Below the pieces are notes generated by a model that searched no databases, was not told the DNA's origin, and saw nothing but the letters and a program-made list of their open reading frames with translations. Shown here one piece after another: positions 7,944 through 19,107 of a stretch of 24,000 nt of DNA. The translations under genes were made by a program, and so were the position numbers. The stretch is taken from positions 2,646,877 to 2,670,876 of the forward strand of contig NZ_JADPMR010000001.1 in NCBI RefSeq assembly GCF_015686695.1, in the 5' to 3' direction. Position 1 is the stretch's first letter. Every line of letters starts with the position of its first letter. Source of the stretch: Vibrio nitrifigilis. GTDB taxonomy: Bacteria; Pseudomonadota; Gammaproteobacteria; Enterobacterales; Vibrionaceae.

Positions 7944-10016
7944 ATGCGGATACTGTTTAATGCCATTTTCTTTCCCGATATCAAAGCGGTTAAGTTTGCG
8001 ATAAAAGGGGTGATAGCCATGGCGCTGTCACTCTATATCGCGATGTTTTTTAACTTGGATCGTCCTTATTGGGCAATGATCGGGGCGATCTTCCTACAGA
8101 TTCGTCCTGAAAGTGGCCTTGTGATCGAAAAAGGCTTGTGTCAGATCGTTGGCACACTGGTCGGGGGCATCTTCGCTATCTTTGTGTTGCAGTTATTCTC
8201 TGCTTATCCAGAGCTAGCGATTGGTTCGCTAGCTCTATGGTTGGGAATTAACTCGGCACTATCGGCATTAGTTCGTCGGCAAAACCTGGTGTATGCCTTC
8301 GCTATGGCTGGTATGACAGCCTGCTTGGTTGTTTTGCTCGTTATGATTCAGCCGTCTAAAACAAACAGCGCCTATATTTTTGCAATCGCTCAAGCTCGTA
8401 TGAGTGAAATCATCATTGGGGTTATTTGTGCCGCCTTAGTCAGTACGATGATTTGGCCAGTTCGAGTCCGTGATGCGTTGCAGGTTCATGCTCGCAGTGT
8501 CATTAACCAAACTCTGCAGTACTTTACGCTAGAGTTAGATCCGGCCGGTTCTCACGATGATCGTCACCAATCCATTGATGGTATTTTGGAATCACTGACA
8601 GCGTTAAATGATGATTCTAGTGCGGTGGCATATGAAGGCCCTGATGGCCCCGGGCAAAGTAGAGCTGCGACGTTATTGTCGAATAAAACCTTATCCTTAT
8701 TGGCATTGATTCAGATATTCGGTCGTCTGCAACGTAAGCACGATGAATTGGTTTCAGATAACTTGAAAAACCTTTTGGATGAAATGCGTGAGACCTTCAA
8801 CGCCATGGAGAAATCTCAGGATTACCATGAGTGTTATGAGATGGCGCAAAAGTTGCGGCGTCGACAAATTTATTATGCCAACAATTCAGTCGCGAAAACC
8901 GCTTTTGAAGCGCGTATTCATAAAATAGCGCTGGAGTTGAGTGCTGAGTTAATCATGGTTTTGAAGGGATATAACTCCATTACTACTTCCAAACCCATTT
9001 TGCTTAACGCGATTCGTATTATGTCGCACCGCGATCCGCTGGTGGGCTTAACGACCGGAGTTCGCAGTGCCATTATGTTTTTGGTTGGTGCTGGGCTTTG
9101 GATTGGTACCGGCGCAACGGCGGTGCTTATGATCATGATATTGCCAGTGGTGTTTTCGGTCATGATGGCGCGGTTACCTATGATGATCTTAACCATTGTG
9201 ATGAAACGTATTTTGGTTGGGATATTAATTGCGTTACCCATGGCCTTGTTCTTCGCTTTGCCACTGTTGGCCGAAAGCTCTGGTGATTTTGAGATTCTGA
9301 TTTTGGTACTCGCTGGCCCTTATTTTATTAGCCTATTACCTCTGGCAAATCGTCCAACTTTACCTTACGCATTGGGGATGAGTATTCCATTTACTATTTT
9401 TGTTATGCCAAGTACGAATATGACTCGCTCTTTTTCCATTGATTATACAGTGAGTTATGCGATGGCCATATTTGTTGGGGTAACGATATTGCTGTGGCTT
9501 TTCAAGTTAATCACAGGGCCAAGCTTGAATTTGATGATGAATCGGTTAATGCGAGATACTTATAACGATTTGGTTCAGGTTCCACACCATAAGCTAGGCG
9601 AAACTTGGTTTAATGCGCGAATGGGTGATCGCTTATTACGTATTTCTACCTATGAAAAAGGAATGAGTAAAAATCGTGATATGACTGACCTAGGTTTAAC
9701 CGCGTTAAACTTGGGCCATGTGTCTTTGCGTTTGCGTCAAGTTATTAAAAGCAGTTGTGATAGTCGAATGGATGGGGAATTAGAGCATTGGCAACAGGCT
9801 TTAGCCGATGCCTTTATGAGTTGTTATCGCGGTCAAGGTACGTCGTCGTTTAGTGATGCGTGCCACCGAATACTCGAACGGCTCTCAAAGGAAAACCTTC
9901 CTCACGATAAATATGATTTGATTCGCGGTAGTTTTGAGCGAATGTCGCTCACCTTTGAACGGACCTCTGCAACCATTGCTGAGAACCGGGCACTTGCGGT
10001 AGAACAATCTGTTTAG
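7944..10016 (+). CDS. aaeB: FUSC-family aromatic carboxylate efflux pump (AaeB-like)
   Basis: 690 aa in two polytopic membrane halves separated by a soluble linker, which is the FUSC/AaeB architecture. The start is 1 nt after the aaeA-like stop (TAAtATG), implying an operon. Confidence 0.82.
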   Translation: MRILFNAIFFPDIKAVKFAIKGVIAMALSLYIAMFFNLDRPYWAMIGAIFLQIRPESGLVIEKGLCQIVGTLVGGIFAIFVLQLFSAYPELAIGSLALWLGINSALSALVRRQNLVYAFAMAGMTACLVVLLVMIQPSKTNSAYIFAIAQARMSEIIIGVICAALVSTMIWPVRVRDALQVHARSVINQTLQYFTLELDPAGSHDDRHQSIDGILESLTALNDDSSAVAYEGPDGPGQSRAATLLSNKTLSLLALIQIFGRLQRKHDELVSDNLKNLLDEMRETFNAMEKSQDYHECYEMAQKLRRRQIYYANNSVAKTAFEARIHKIALELSAELIMVLKGYNSITTSKPILLNAIRIMSHRDPLVGLTTGVRSAIMFLVGAGLWIGTGATAVLMIMILPVVFSVMMARLPMMILTIVMKRILVGILIALPMALFFALPLLAESSGDFEILILVLAGPYFISLLPLANRPTLPYALGMSIPFTIFVMPSTNMTRSFSIDYTVSYAMAIFVGVTILLWLFKLITGPSLNLMMNRLMRDTYNDLVQVPHHKLGETWFNARMGDRLLRISTYEKGMSKNRDMTDLGLTALNLGHVSLRLRQVIKSSCDSRMDGELEHWQQALADAFMSCYRGQGTSSFSDACHRILERLSKENLPHDKYDLIRGSFERMSLTFERTSATIAENRALAVEQSV

Positions 10017-10024
10017 TGATACAA

Positions 10025-10051
10025 AAGAAGCCTTCCATTGGAAGGTTTCTT
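10025..10051. terminator. Bidirectional terminator between convergent genes
   Basis: Stem AAGAAGCCTTCC / GGAAGGTTTCTT (includes one G-U pair), with A-rich and T-rich flanks. It lies between the FUSC stop (10016) and the lipoprotein stop (10068). Confidence 0.65.
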
Positions 10052-10067
10052 GCATTTTATTGAGCGA

Positions 10068-11108
10068 TTAAAGCGCTGTCTCTTCCATCTGAGTCAGGTT
10101 CGTATAGCTTTCGAACATACACTCGGGCGCTAAGTTATTGGTACAAATATCGTAGATTGGTGCCGCCATATCTCCACGCTGTATATGCTGTGCGAGCTCT
10201 TTTTTCACGGTGACCCAAGCATAGTTAGGCTGGATGGCATCTGGATTATTAATGATATAGCCCACACCTAATTTATAAGCTTTGCCTTGCTTTAGCCGTG
10301 AAAACTCGATTTCCATTTTCGCCTTTACATTGTTACTGGTTCCTAAGGCTATTTTTACGAGATAAGAGTCACCATTGTCCGTTTTTCTGAGCTGTAGCAC
10401 TGGGCCAACGGGTTTGATGTAGTTAGCCACATCATTTTTATGATAAAGCACGGCTTTACGCGCGGCATTCACGATCATTGCTTGTTGGTGGGCTTGGCTC
10501 ATAGGACATCGGTGTGTCGGCACTTTTGGGGTGATGGTCGCAGTTTGCTTACCGATCATATCAACCGCTGCTATTTCTTTGTCTGCCTTCACATCGTAGA
10601 TATGGGCGGTAACTTTGACGGTTTGAGCATAAAAGCATGTAGTAGGAACCGACTGAAGTTCACCTTTTCGGCCCTTATATTGATATCCCTGTTCGAACCG
10701 ACTGGTTAACGGCTCAACGTTAATACGAGGGTAAATCATGTAATCCGACGAAGGGATAAGAGCGGTAAGATTCGGTGATACCTGTAATATTTCGCTTCTT
10801 ATCATTTGGTCGGTTTGTGCTATGCCTGTTCTATCCGTTAGTTGATTGCCTGTTTCTAATACTAATGATTCGATTTGTTGTTGAATTGTTTGGACAAGAG
10901 GGGCCTTAGGCACTCGGAGCTTAATTTGTTCAAAGTCTGGCGAGGTAATCGGAATAGCCTCGGGTAAGACAAAAATCTGTTTGCTCTGCGACTTTTTTAT
11001 CGGCTCTGCTGCATTGGTAATATAGACAGGAGAACTACTGAGCTCGGGAAAAACACAGCCAGAGAGTTGACTCGTTAAAATGAGAAATAAACATCCTTTT
11101 TTTATCAT
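10068..11108 (-). CDS. Hypothetical lipoprotein, family not recognised
   Basis: 346-aa ORF with a lipoprotein signal peptide and lipobox (MIKKGCLFLILTSQLSG-C). It has no TM segments beyond the signal, and its codon usage resembles the neighbours. I recognise no catalytic motif. Confidence 0.65.
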   Translation of the reverse strand: MIKKGCLFLILTSQLSGCVFPELSSSPVYITNAAEPIKKSQSKQIFVLPEAIPITSPDFEQIKLRVPKAPLVQTIQQQIESLVLETGNQLTDRTGIAQTDQMIRSEILQVSPNLTALIPSSDYMIYPRINVEPLTSRFEQGYQYKGRKGELQSVPTTCFYAQTVKVTAHIYDVKADKEIAAVDMIGKQTATITPKVPTHRCPMSQAHQQAMIVNAARKAVLYHKNDVANYIKPVGPVLQLRKTDNGDSYLVKIALGTSNNVKAKMEIEFSRLKQGKAYKLGVGYIINNPDAIQPNYAWVTVKKELAQHIQRGDMAAPIYDICTNNLAPECMFESYTNLTQMEETAL

Positions 11109-11283
11109 AATCCACTCTTTGGCCGCTTCTGTTAATGGGTGATCAGTCGATATTCAGATTTGGTTAGAATCGTATTTAATGTGCTTTACCTTAAATACTT
11201 TAGGTGTATAGAGCTTAGTATTAAAGGTTGTGAGCCATTAAGAAAGCTCTTTATGTTGAATGATAATAGACAATAGATTGTAT

Positions 11284-11469
11284 CTATTCGTTATTGATTT
11301 CATCTAATGTATTTTTCATTGTCTCTTTACCATGTTCAATTGTATCGTTTACATGCTCTTGAATGGATTCGACTCGATCTTGTCCCACTTTTCCAGTGAT
11401 ATCATCTTTATACGTCACTCCAAGATATATACCGATTACAACAAGAATGATTACAATATATTTCAGCAT
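11284..11469 (-). CDS. Small single-pass membrane protein (hypothetical)
   Basis: 61 aa with an N-terminal TM helix (MLKYIVIILVVIGIYLGV) and an acidic helical tail. A GGAA-type SD (AAAGGAACG) sits about 8 nt upstream of the ATG. It is on the same strand as the lipoprotein gene and upstream of it. Confidence 0.4.
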   Translation of the reverse strand: MLKYIVIILVVIGIYLGVTYKDDITGKVGQDRVESIQEHVNDTIEHGKETMKNTLDEINNE

Positions 11470-11722
11470 AATAAACGTTCCTTTCGGTTTTATGTCTTAT
11501 CTCGCGACAACCTTTTAATCAGTTTATAGTACATATGTTGCAAAGCATACTAGTAATAATTATTACTATGTATTTTAAGTTCATAGGGTGATCTGGATTA
11601 AATCTGGAATTTTTCATTTTTATGGATATACCTAAATCACATTAAAATACTGTTGCAGCGAAACCCCATTTTCTCTTAGTCAAGACACTGATTTTAAAGT
11701 ATAAGAATTCTATGATTGGAAA

Positions 11723-12319
11723 TCAGGATACAATATTTTTTAAATAAGGAAGGAGTTCCTTATCAAACCATGAATTGCGTCTAAGCCAAATATTATTTCT
11801 TGGAGATGGGTGAGGGAGTGGGATTTTTTCTGGAGCCCAGTGTTGCCAGTTTTTTACTGTTTCAGTCAATGTTTTGGGTTTGTCTTGCAGGTAATAGTTT
11901 TGTGCGTACTGACCAATTAATAATGTGGTTTTGATGTTAGGTAATAAGGTTAATAGCTTTTCATGCCATAGGGGGGCGCACTCTTTACGTGGTGGTAAAT
12001 CGCCGCTATTGCCTTTGCCCGGATAGCAAAACCCCATAGGAATGATGGCGACTTTGGTTGGATCGTAAAACGTTTCTTTGTCGAGGTTTAACCATTGGCG
12101 TAAGCGATCGCCGCTGGGATCATTCCATGGAATGGAGGTCGCGTGCACTTTCGTACCAGGAGCCTGACCGATGATCAGCAATTGTGCATTATGATGAGCT
12201 TGGATGACTGGATTGGCTCCTAGCGGTAAATGAGGCTCACAGGTGCGGCATTGGCGCACCTGCTGCATTAAAATGGTCAGGTCATCACTTGACCTGAGTT
12301 GCTTAGTAACCTTTGTCAA
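11723..12319 (-). CDS. Uracil-DNA glycosylase superfamily protein
   Basis: 198 aa. It has the UDG-superfamily motif-A-like LLIIGQAPG followed by WNDPSGDRL, and a C-terminal HPSPRN (motif-B-like H-P-S). Confidence 0.75.
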   Translation of the reverse strand: MTKVTKQLRSSDDLTILMQQVRQCRTCEPHLPLGANPVIQAHHNAQLLIIGQAPGTKVHATSIPWNDPSGDRLRQWLNLDKETFYDPTKVAIIPMGFCYPGKGNSGDLPPRKECAPLWHEKLLTLLPNIKTTLLIGQYAQNYYLQDKPKTLTETVKNWQHWAPEKIPLPHPSPRNNIWLRRNSWFDKELLPYLKNIVS

Positions 12320-13229
12320 AGCTTACCTCGTTATCTAAGCGGAACCCTGTACACCACAAATCGTAGTTATGAATGAATTGTTCGAGTACTTGGCTTGGAA
12401 AACTTAATGCCGCAATGTGCGGAGTAACAGTAATTGCGTGATTTTTCCAATATGGATGCTGCTCAGGGAGCGGCTCTTGCTCAAATACGTCAAGGAAAGC
12501 GTGTTCCACATAGCCCTTATCGATGGCGTTAAGTAAGTCTGACTCAACCACGGTTTTCCCTCGTCCGACATTAAAGACTAATGTGCGAAAACAATGGGAG
12601 AGAACCTCCTCATTGATGAGGCCTCGGGTTTGTTCCGTATCGGGTAAGGTATTTACGATAATATTGGCTTGTGAAAGCGCCGCACTGAGTTCATTAGCAT
12701 GATAGGTGCGACTAAATTTCCCTGCTTTAGGGGGGATACCACTGCTGTTTATCCCAATAACATCAATGCCTAATCCTGATGCGGCATGACTGAGATGAGA
12801 GCCAATCGAGCCGGTGCCGAGTATCGCCATCACCTTGCCCGAGAGCGATTCATAGAGATGCGGAGTCCATTGCTCTGCGCTTTGCTGTTGACGATATAAA
12901 GGAAAGTGGCGGTAATGACTAATGATATAGCCGATTACGTATTCAGAAATAAGCTGGCCAAAAATACCTTTAATATTGGTCAGTAGGTAATCGGTGCGTT
13001 TTGGGTGGAGTGTTAGGGCATCGACACCAGCATATACTGACTGGACCCATTCTACGTTAGGAAAATCGTTGATACACGATGCGGCCATTGGTGGTGCGGC
13101 TAACAAGATAGTCGCTTCTGCACGGTTATCTGTGATTGTTAGGCCATCAAGGTGAGTGTTTTCTATCGCTTGGCGGTAAATATCGTCGTGTTCAGTTAAA
13201 ATATACAAGTGATGGTTAAAATTGTTCAT
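12303..13229 (-). CDS. NAD-dependent D-2-hydroxyacid dehydrogenase (GhrA-like glyoxylate/hydroxypyruvate reductase)
   Basis: 308 aa. It has the GxGxxG motif (ILGTGSIGSHL), the catalytic region RGKTVVESDLLNAI...LDVFEQEPLP...ITPHIAA, and a C-terminal ...DKGY resembling the E. coli GhrA terminus. Confidence 0.82.
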   Translation of the reverse strand: MNNFNHHLYILTEHDDIYRQAIENTHLDGLTITDNRAEATILLAAPPMAASCINDFPNVEWVQSVYAGVDALTLHPKRTDYLLTNIKGIFGQLISEYVIGYIISHYRHFPLYRQQQSAEQWTPHLYESLSGKVMAILGTGSIGSHLSHAASGLGIDVIGINSSGIPPKAGKFSRTYHANELSAALSQANIIVNTLPDTEQTRGLINEEVLSHCFRTLVFNVGRGKTVVESDLLNAIDKGYVEHAFLDVFEQEPLPEQHPYWKNHAITVTPHIAALSFPSQVLEQFIHNYDLWCTGFRLDNEVSFDKGY

Positions 13230-13300
13230 ATTGGTGGCTTTTTTCCCTGCTGGTTATCCAGTACACTGCCGCTGTCTTTTTCTGCAACGATTGAGTGATT

Positions 13301-13888
13301 ATGCTACAGAATCCTTTACAGCTTCGACTCGAAAAGTTTGAGCCTTGGCAACAGATTACCTTTATGGTCAGTCTATGTGAACGTATGTATCCAAACTATG
13401 CGGTTTTTTGTGAACATACTGAATTTGCTCCAGCACGTGTTTACCGAGAAATTCTAGATAGCGTGTGGGAAATTCTTACGGTAAAAAATGCCAAAGTGAA
13501 TTTTGAGCGCCAGCTAGAGAAATTGGAAGAACTGATTCCAACTTCACAAGATTATGATTTTTACGCAGTTTACCCTGCAATTGATGCTTGTGAGGCACTG
13601 GCTACATTGCTGCATGGCTTGCTTGATCGTGATAATTTATTGGAATTTGTTTTAGATGTTAGCCAAGTATCGGTGCGTACGGTTGCTCAATTAGAAGAAG
13701 CACAAGGTAGTGAAGAAATCACTAACGAAAACCAAAAGAGTAATGAAGCGGTATGCGCAGAATGGGATGTGCAGTGGGCAATTTTCCGACCTTTGAAAGA
13801 AGCACAAGAGCGTGACATTCAATTAATAAAAGACTTACGTTTAGAGCTGCGCGAAGAAAACATCAGTAATATTGGTATGAGTGTGTAA
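13301..13888 (+). CDS. yjaG: DUF416 protein YjaG
   Basis: MLQNPLQLRLEKFEPWQQITFMVSLCERMYPNYAVFC... is collinear with E. coli YjaG (MLQNPIHLRLERLESWQHVTFMACLCERMYPNYAMFC). I prefer the ATG at 13301 over the listed GTG at 13295. Confidence 0.9.
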   Translation: MLQNPLQLRLEKFEPWQQITFMVSLCERMYPNYAVFCEHTEFAPARVYREILDSVWEILTVKNAKVNFERQLEKLEELIPTSQDYDFYAVYPAIDACEALATLLHGLLDRDNLLEFVLDVSQVSVRTVAQLEEAQGSEEITNENQKSNEAVCAEWDVQWAIFRPLKEAQERDIQLIKDLRLELREENISNIGMSV

Positions 13889-13914
13889 GCTAACGCTTAT
13901 CAATGCCGATATAC

Positions 13915-13950
13915 AAAAAGAAGCCACTCATTTGAGTGGCTTCTTGCTTT
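13915..13950. terminator. Bidirectional terminator between yjaG (+) and bglF (-)
   Basis: A perfect 12-bp stem, AAGAAGCCACTC (13918-13929) / GAGTGGCTTCTT (13934-13945), with a 4-nt loop. An A-run lies upstream and T-rich sequence lies downstream. Confidence 0.8.
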
Positions 13951-13957
13951 GGGGTCA

Positions 13958-15856
<1,899 letters not shown>

Positions 15857-15984
15857 TTATATTGTCCTCTATCACTGCGCAAACAGGTGAACATTCTTTT
15901 AGAGGACATTTCGTTATGTATGGCAGTCCCCAGATAAGAATGTGGTTATGAAAATGCGCTTTCATAATCGTTTCCTTTGGTTTG

Positions 15985-16013
15985 GGTCTTGCCTGCTTAA
16001 CCAGTAACAATCC
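15985..16013 (-). promoter_or_regulatory. RAT (ribonucleic antiterminator) element A, in the bglG-bglF intergenic region
   Basis: The minus strand reads GGATTGTTACTGGTTAAGCAGGCAAGACC. The RAT consensus as I recall it is GGATTGTTACTGC-N5-GCAGGCAAAACC. I could not find an overlapping stem plus U-tract terminator downstream. Confidence 0.7.
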
Positions 16014-16100
16014 GAATCAACAACTCATTATTTTGCCAAGAATATTTCCTTGGTAGGATGCCCATGAGTAGGGGCATTGGTTATTACCTCATTATGAGGT

Positions 16101-16949
16101 TTAAATAGAACGTCTCAGCCGTTCAATATGAATGGTGAGAAACATCATCTCTTCTTGAGTCATCGCGTGACGAAACTTCTCTTCGACGAACAAGTAAATT
16201 TTTTGTGTACAAGCAAAAGACTGCGGGTATTGCAATCGTACCGATTGAAAGAGTGCGTCATCATCGCTAGTTACAGATGCACGATGCATCAAACGGTGAG
16301 CAAAAAACTTTAAGTGTGTCACTAAGCGTTGATAATTTAGACTTTCTTCATCTATTTCAATTCGTAATTGATACTTAATGAGTTGGATAATATCGCGAAT
16401 GAGGTTAGTTATCCCAATCGTGTTATGCATGTCTTCACTCAGTTGCGCGTTGACTAAATGCAGAGCAATGAATCCAGCTTCATCTTCAGGAAAAGAGATA
16501 TTTGAGATGTTTTTGATGATCTCAAGTGCCTCCATCCCCATGGCAAATTCTTGTGGGTAGAGCTTTTTAATTTCCCACTGCATCGCGTTTTTAATTTCTT
16601 TTCCTTGAATACACCGTTCTAATGCGAAAGAAAGGTGATCAGCTAACGAAATACGAATACTTGGGTGTAATTCACCCGGCAGTTTTTTCTGTGCGGTTTC
16701 AACAATGGTTTCTGTTGCTAGTAGCAGATCGACGGGTATCTCCGCCAACAGTTTGTGATAGCGAAAGTCGATACTGCCATCATCGGTTTGTTCTAAACGG
16801 AATATCTTCTCTACCTTATCGAGAGCAACATCCATCCCCGGCTTCATTTGGAAACCAAGGCCTTTCCCCATAATAACGATCTCTTTGTTATCGTTATCTT
16901 TTGAGATAATGACGTTGTTATTTAACACTTTTTCAATTTGCATGTTCAC
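16101..16949 (-). CDS. bglG: BglG/LicT-family PRD-containing transcription antiterminator
   Basis: (V)MNMQIEKVLNNNVII... is collinear with E. coli BglG (MNMQITKILNNNVVV). A CAT RNA-binding domain is followed by two PRDs with all four conserved His contexts (LADHLSFA, IALHLVNA, LVTHLKFF, LTIHIERL). The start is the GTG at 16949, aligning with the E. coli MNMQ; an ATG at 16943 is the alternative. Confidence 0.95.
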   Translation of the reverse strand: MNMQIEKVLNNNVIISKDNDNKEIVIMGKGLGFQMKPGMDVALDKVEKIFRLEQTDDGSIDFRYHKLLAEIPVDLLLATETIVETAQKKLPGELHPSIRISLADHLSFALERCIQGKEIKNAMQWEIKKLYPQEFAMGMEALEIIKNISNISFPEDEAGFIALHLVNAQLSEDMHNTIGITNLIRDIIQLIKYQLRIEIDEESLNYQRLVTHLKFFAHRLMHRASVTSDDDALFQSVRLQYPQSFACTQKIYLFVEEKFRHAMTQEEMMFLTIHIERLRRSI

Positions 16950-16985
16950 GCACTTTTCCGGCTTGGATTAATAGAAGCTGGATAC

Positions 16986-17036
16986 AAAAAAACCTAGCCC
17001 GTAAAAGCTTCTATGGCTTTTATCGTGTCTAGGTTT
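16986..17036 (-). terminator. Intrinsic terminator in the bglG leader, overlapping RAT-B
   Basis: The minus strand reads AAACCTAGACACGATAAAAGC-CATAGAA-GCTTTTACGGGCTAGGTTT followed by TTTTTTT. The 5' arm shares AAACC with the 3' end of RAT-B. Confidence 0.85.
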
Positions 17037-17061
17037 CGCCTGCTAGGAGCAGTAACAATCC
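17032..17061 (-). promoter_or_regulatory. RAT element B (bglG leader)
   Basis: The minus strand reads GGATTGTTACTGCTCCTAGCAGGCGAAACC, a near-consensus RAT. Its 3' end overlaps the terminator at 16986-17036. Confidence 0.88.
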
Positions 17062-17073
17062 AATTAAGTTCAT

Positions 17074-17102
17074 ATATAACGGCAACCGTTCCCATTATTC
17101 AA
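17074..17102 (-). promoter_or_regulatory. Candidate sigma70 promoter for bglG-bglF
   Basis: On the minus strand: -35 TTGAAT (17097-17102), a 17-nt spacer, and -10 TTATAT (17074-17079). The predicted TSS is a few nt upstream of RAT-B. This is pattern matching only. Confidence 0.3.
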
Positions 17103-17233
17103 CCAGTAAGTTAATTAATTGTGAGTTTGCTCTCTTTCGTCTTTTTACTTTGTGAGCCAAAGTAAGCAAATTAATAGTTAATATATAAATATCAGTAACA
17201 TAGATTATTTTAACGATAAAGTGGAGTCGTCTT

Positions 17234-17249
17234 GGTGATAGCTATCACA
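17234..17249. promoter_or_regulatory. Candidate CRP-binding site in the divergent bgl control region
   Basis: GGTGA-TAGCTA-TCACA versus the consensus TGTGA-N6-TCACA (9 of 10 half-site positions). The core GTGATAGCTATCAC is a perfect palindrome. Its centre is about 61 nt upstream of the TSS predicted from the promoter at 17267-17296. Confidence 0.45.
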
Positions 17250-17266
17250 GGTTTCAATCTTTTCCA

Positions 17267-17296
17267 TTGCCACGTAAGACGATGGTGTTTTAGAGT
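17267..17296 (+). promoter_or_regulatory. Candidate sigma70 promoter for bglB
   Basis: -35 TTGCCA (17267-17272), an 18-nt spacer, and -10 TAGAGT (17291-17296). The predicted TSS is near 17303, just upstream of RAT-C. This is pattern matching only. Confidence 0.3.
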
Positions 17297-17313
17297 TTCG
17301 GACAGGCAATAAT

Positions 17314-17342
17314 GGATTGTCACTGCATAAGCAGGCAAGACC
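17314..17342 (+). promoter_or_regulatory. RAT element C (first module of the bglB leader)
   Basis: GGATTGTCACTGCATAAGCAGGCAAGACC, a near-consensus RAT. Its 3' ACC overlaps the 5' arm of the terminator at 17340-17406. Confidence 0.85.
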
Positions 17343-17406
17343 TTGTATCTATCCAGCAAAATACTGTTTGTATTTTTAGCTGGGCGTAGATATAGGGTTT
17401 TTTTTT
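17340..17406 (+). terminator. Intrinsic terminator C (bglB leader, first)
   Basis: A long hairpin, ACCTTGTATCTATCCAGC ... GCTGGGCGTAGATATAGGGT, with G-U pairs and a 2-nt bulge. Its apex is extended by AAAATAC/GTATTTT. A T9 run follows at 17398-17406. Confidence 0.8.
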
Positions 17407-17443
17407 GGTCTTTTTTTGCCTAATTACTTTTTTAGGGTTTTTC

Positions 17444-17473
17444 GGATTGTTACCGCAGTGACTCTGCGGGCAA

Positions 17474-17477
<4 letters not shown>
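17444..17477 (+). promoter_or_regulatory. RAT element D (second module of the bglB leader)
   Basis: GGATTGTTACCGCAGTGACTCTGCGGGCAAAACC. The RAT flanks are conserved, and the internal helix is extended (CCGCAG/CTGCGG). Its 3' end overlaps the terminator at 17474-17527. Confidence 0.85.
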
Positions 17478-18977
<1,500 letters not shown>

Positions 18978-19107
18978 TGGTTGGATAAGATATTTAGGCG
19001 AAATAACAAAGACTAAAACGCCTTACCTCGCACCCTAACCGAGTATCTCCACTGAGTTTTCCTGAGCTCAGTGCGAGTTTACTCGTCCTTAATAAAGGAT
19101 AATAACG

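Noticed and set aside
17398-17442. A series of T-tracts (T9, T7, T6, T5), considered as a possible repeat array or an internal promoter between the two RAT modules.
   Set aside because: There is no repeat-spacer structure and no acceptable -35/-10 pair. T9 is the U-tract of terminator C, and the rest is simply T-rich spacer.
19027-19085. Nested and crossing short inverted repeats in the bglB / mini-bglH spacer: CTCGCAC/GTGCGAG, CACTGAG/CTCAGTG and CGAGTA/TACTCG.
   Set aside because: The stems are only 6-7 bp and mutually exclusive, and no U-tract follows. I cannot separate this from chance without folding energies or conservation data.
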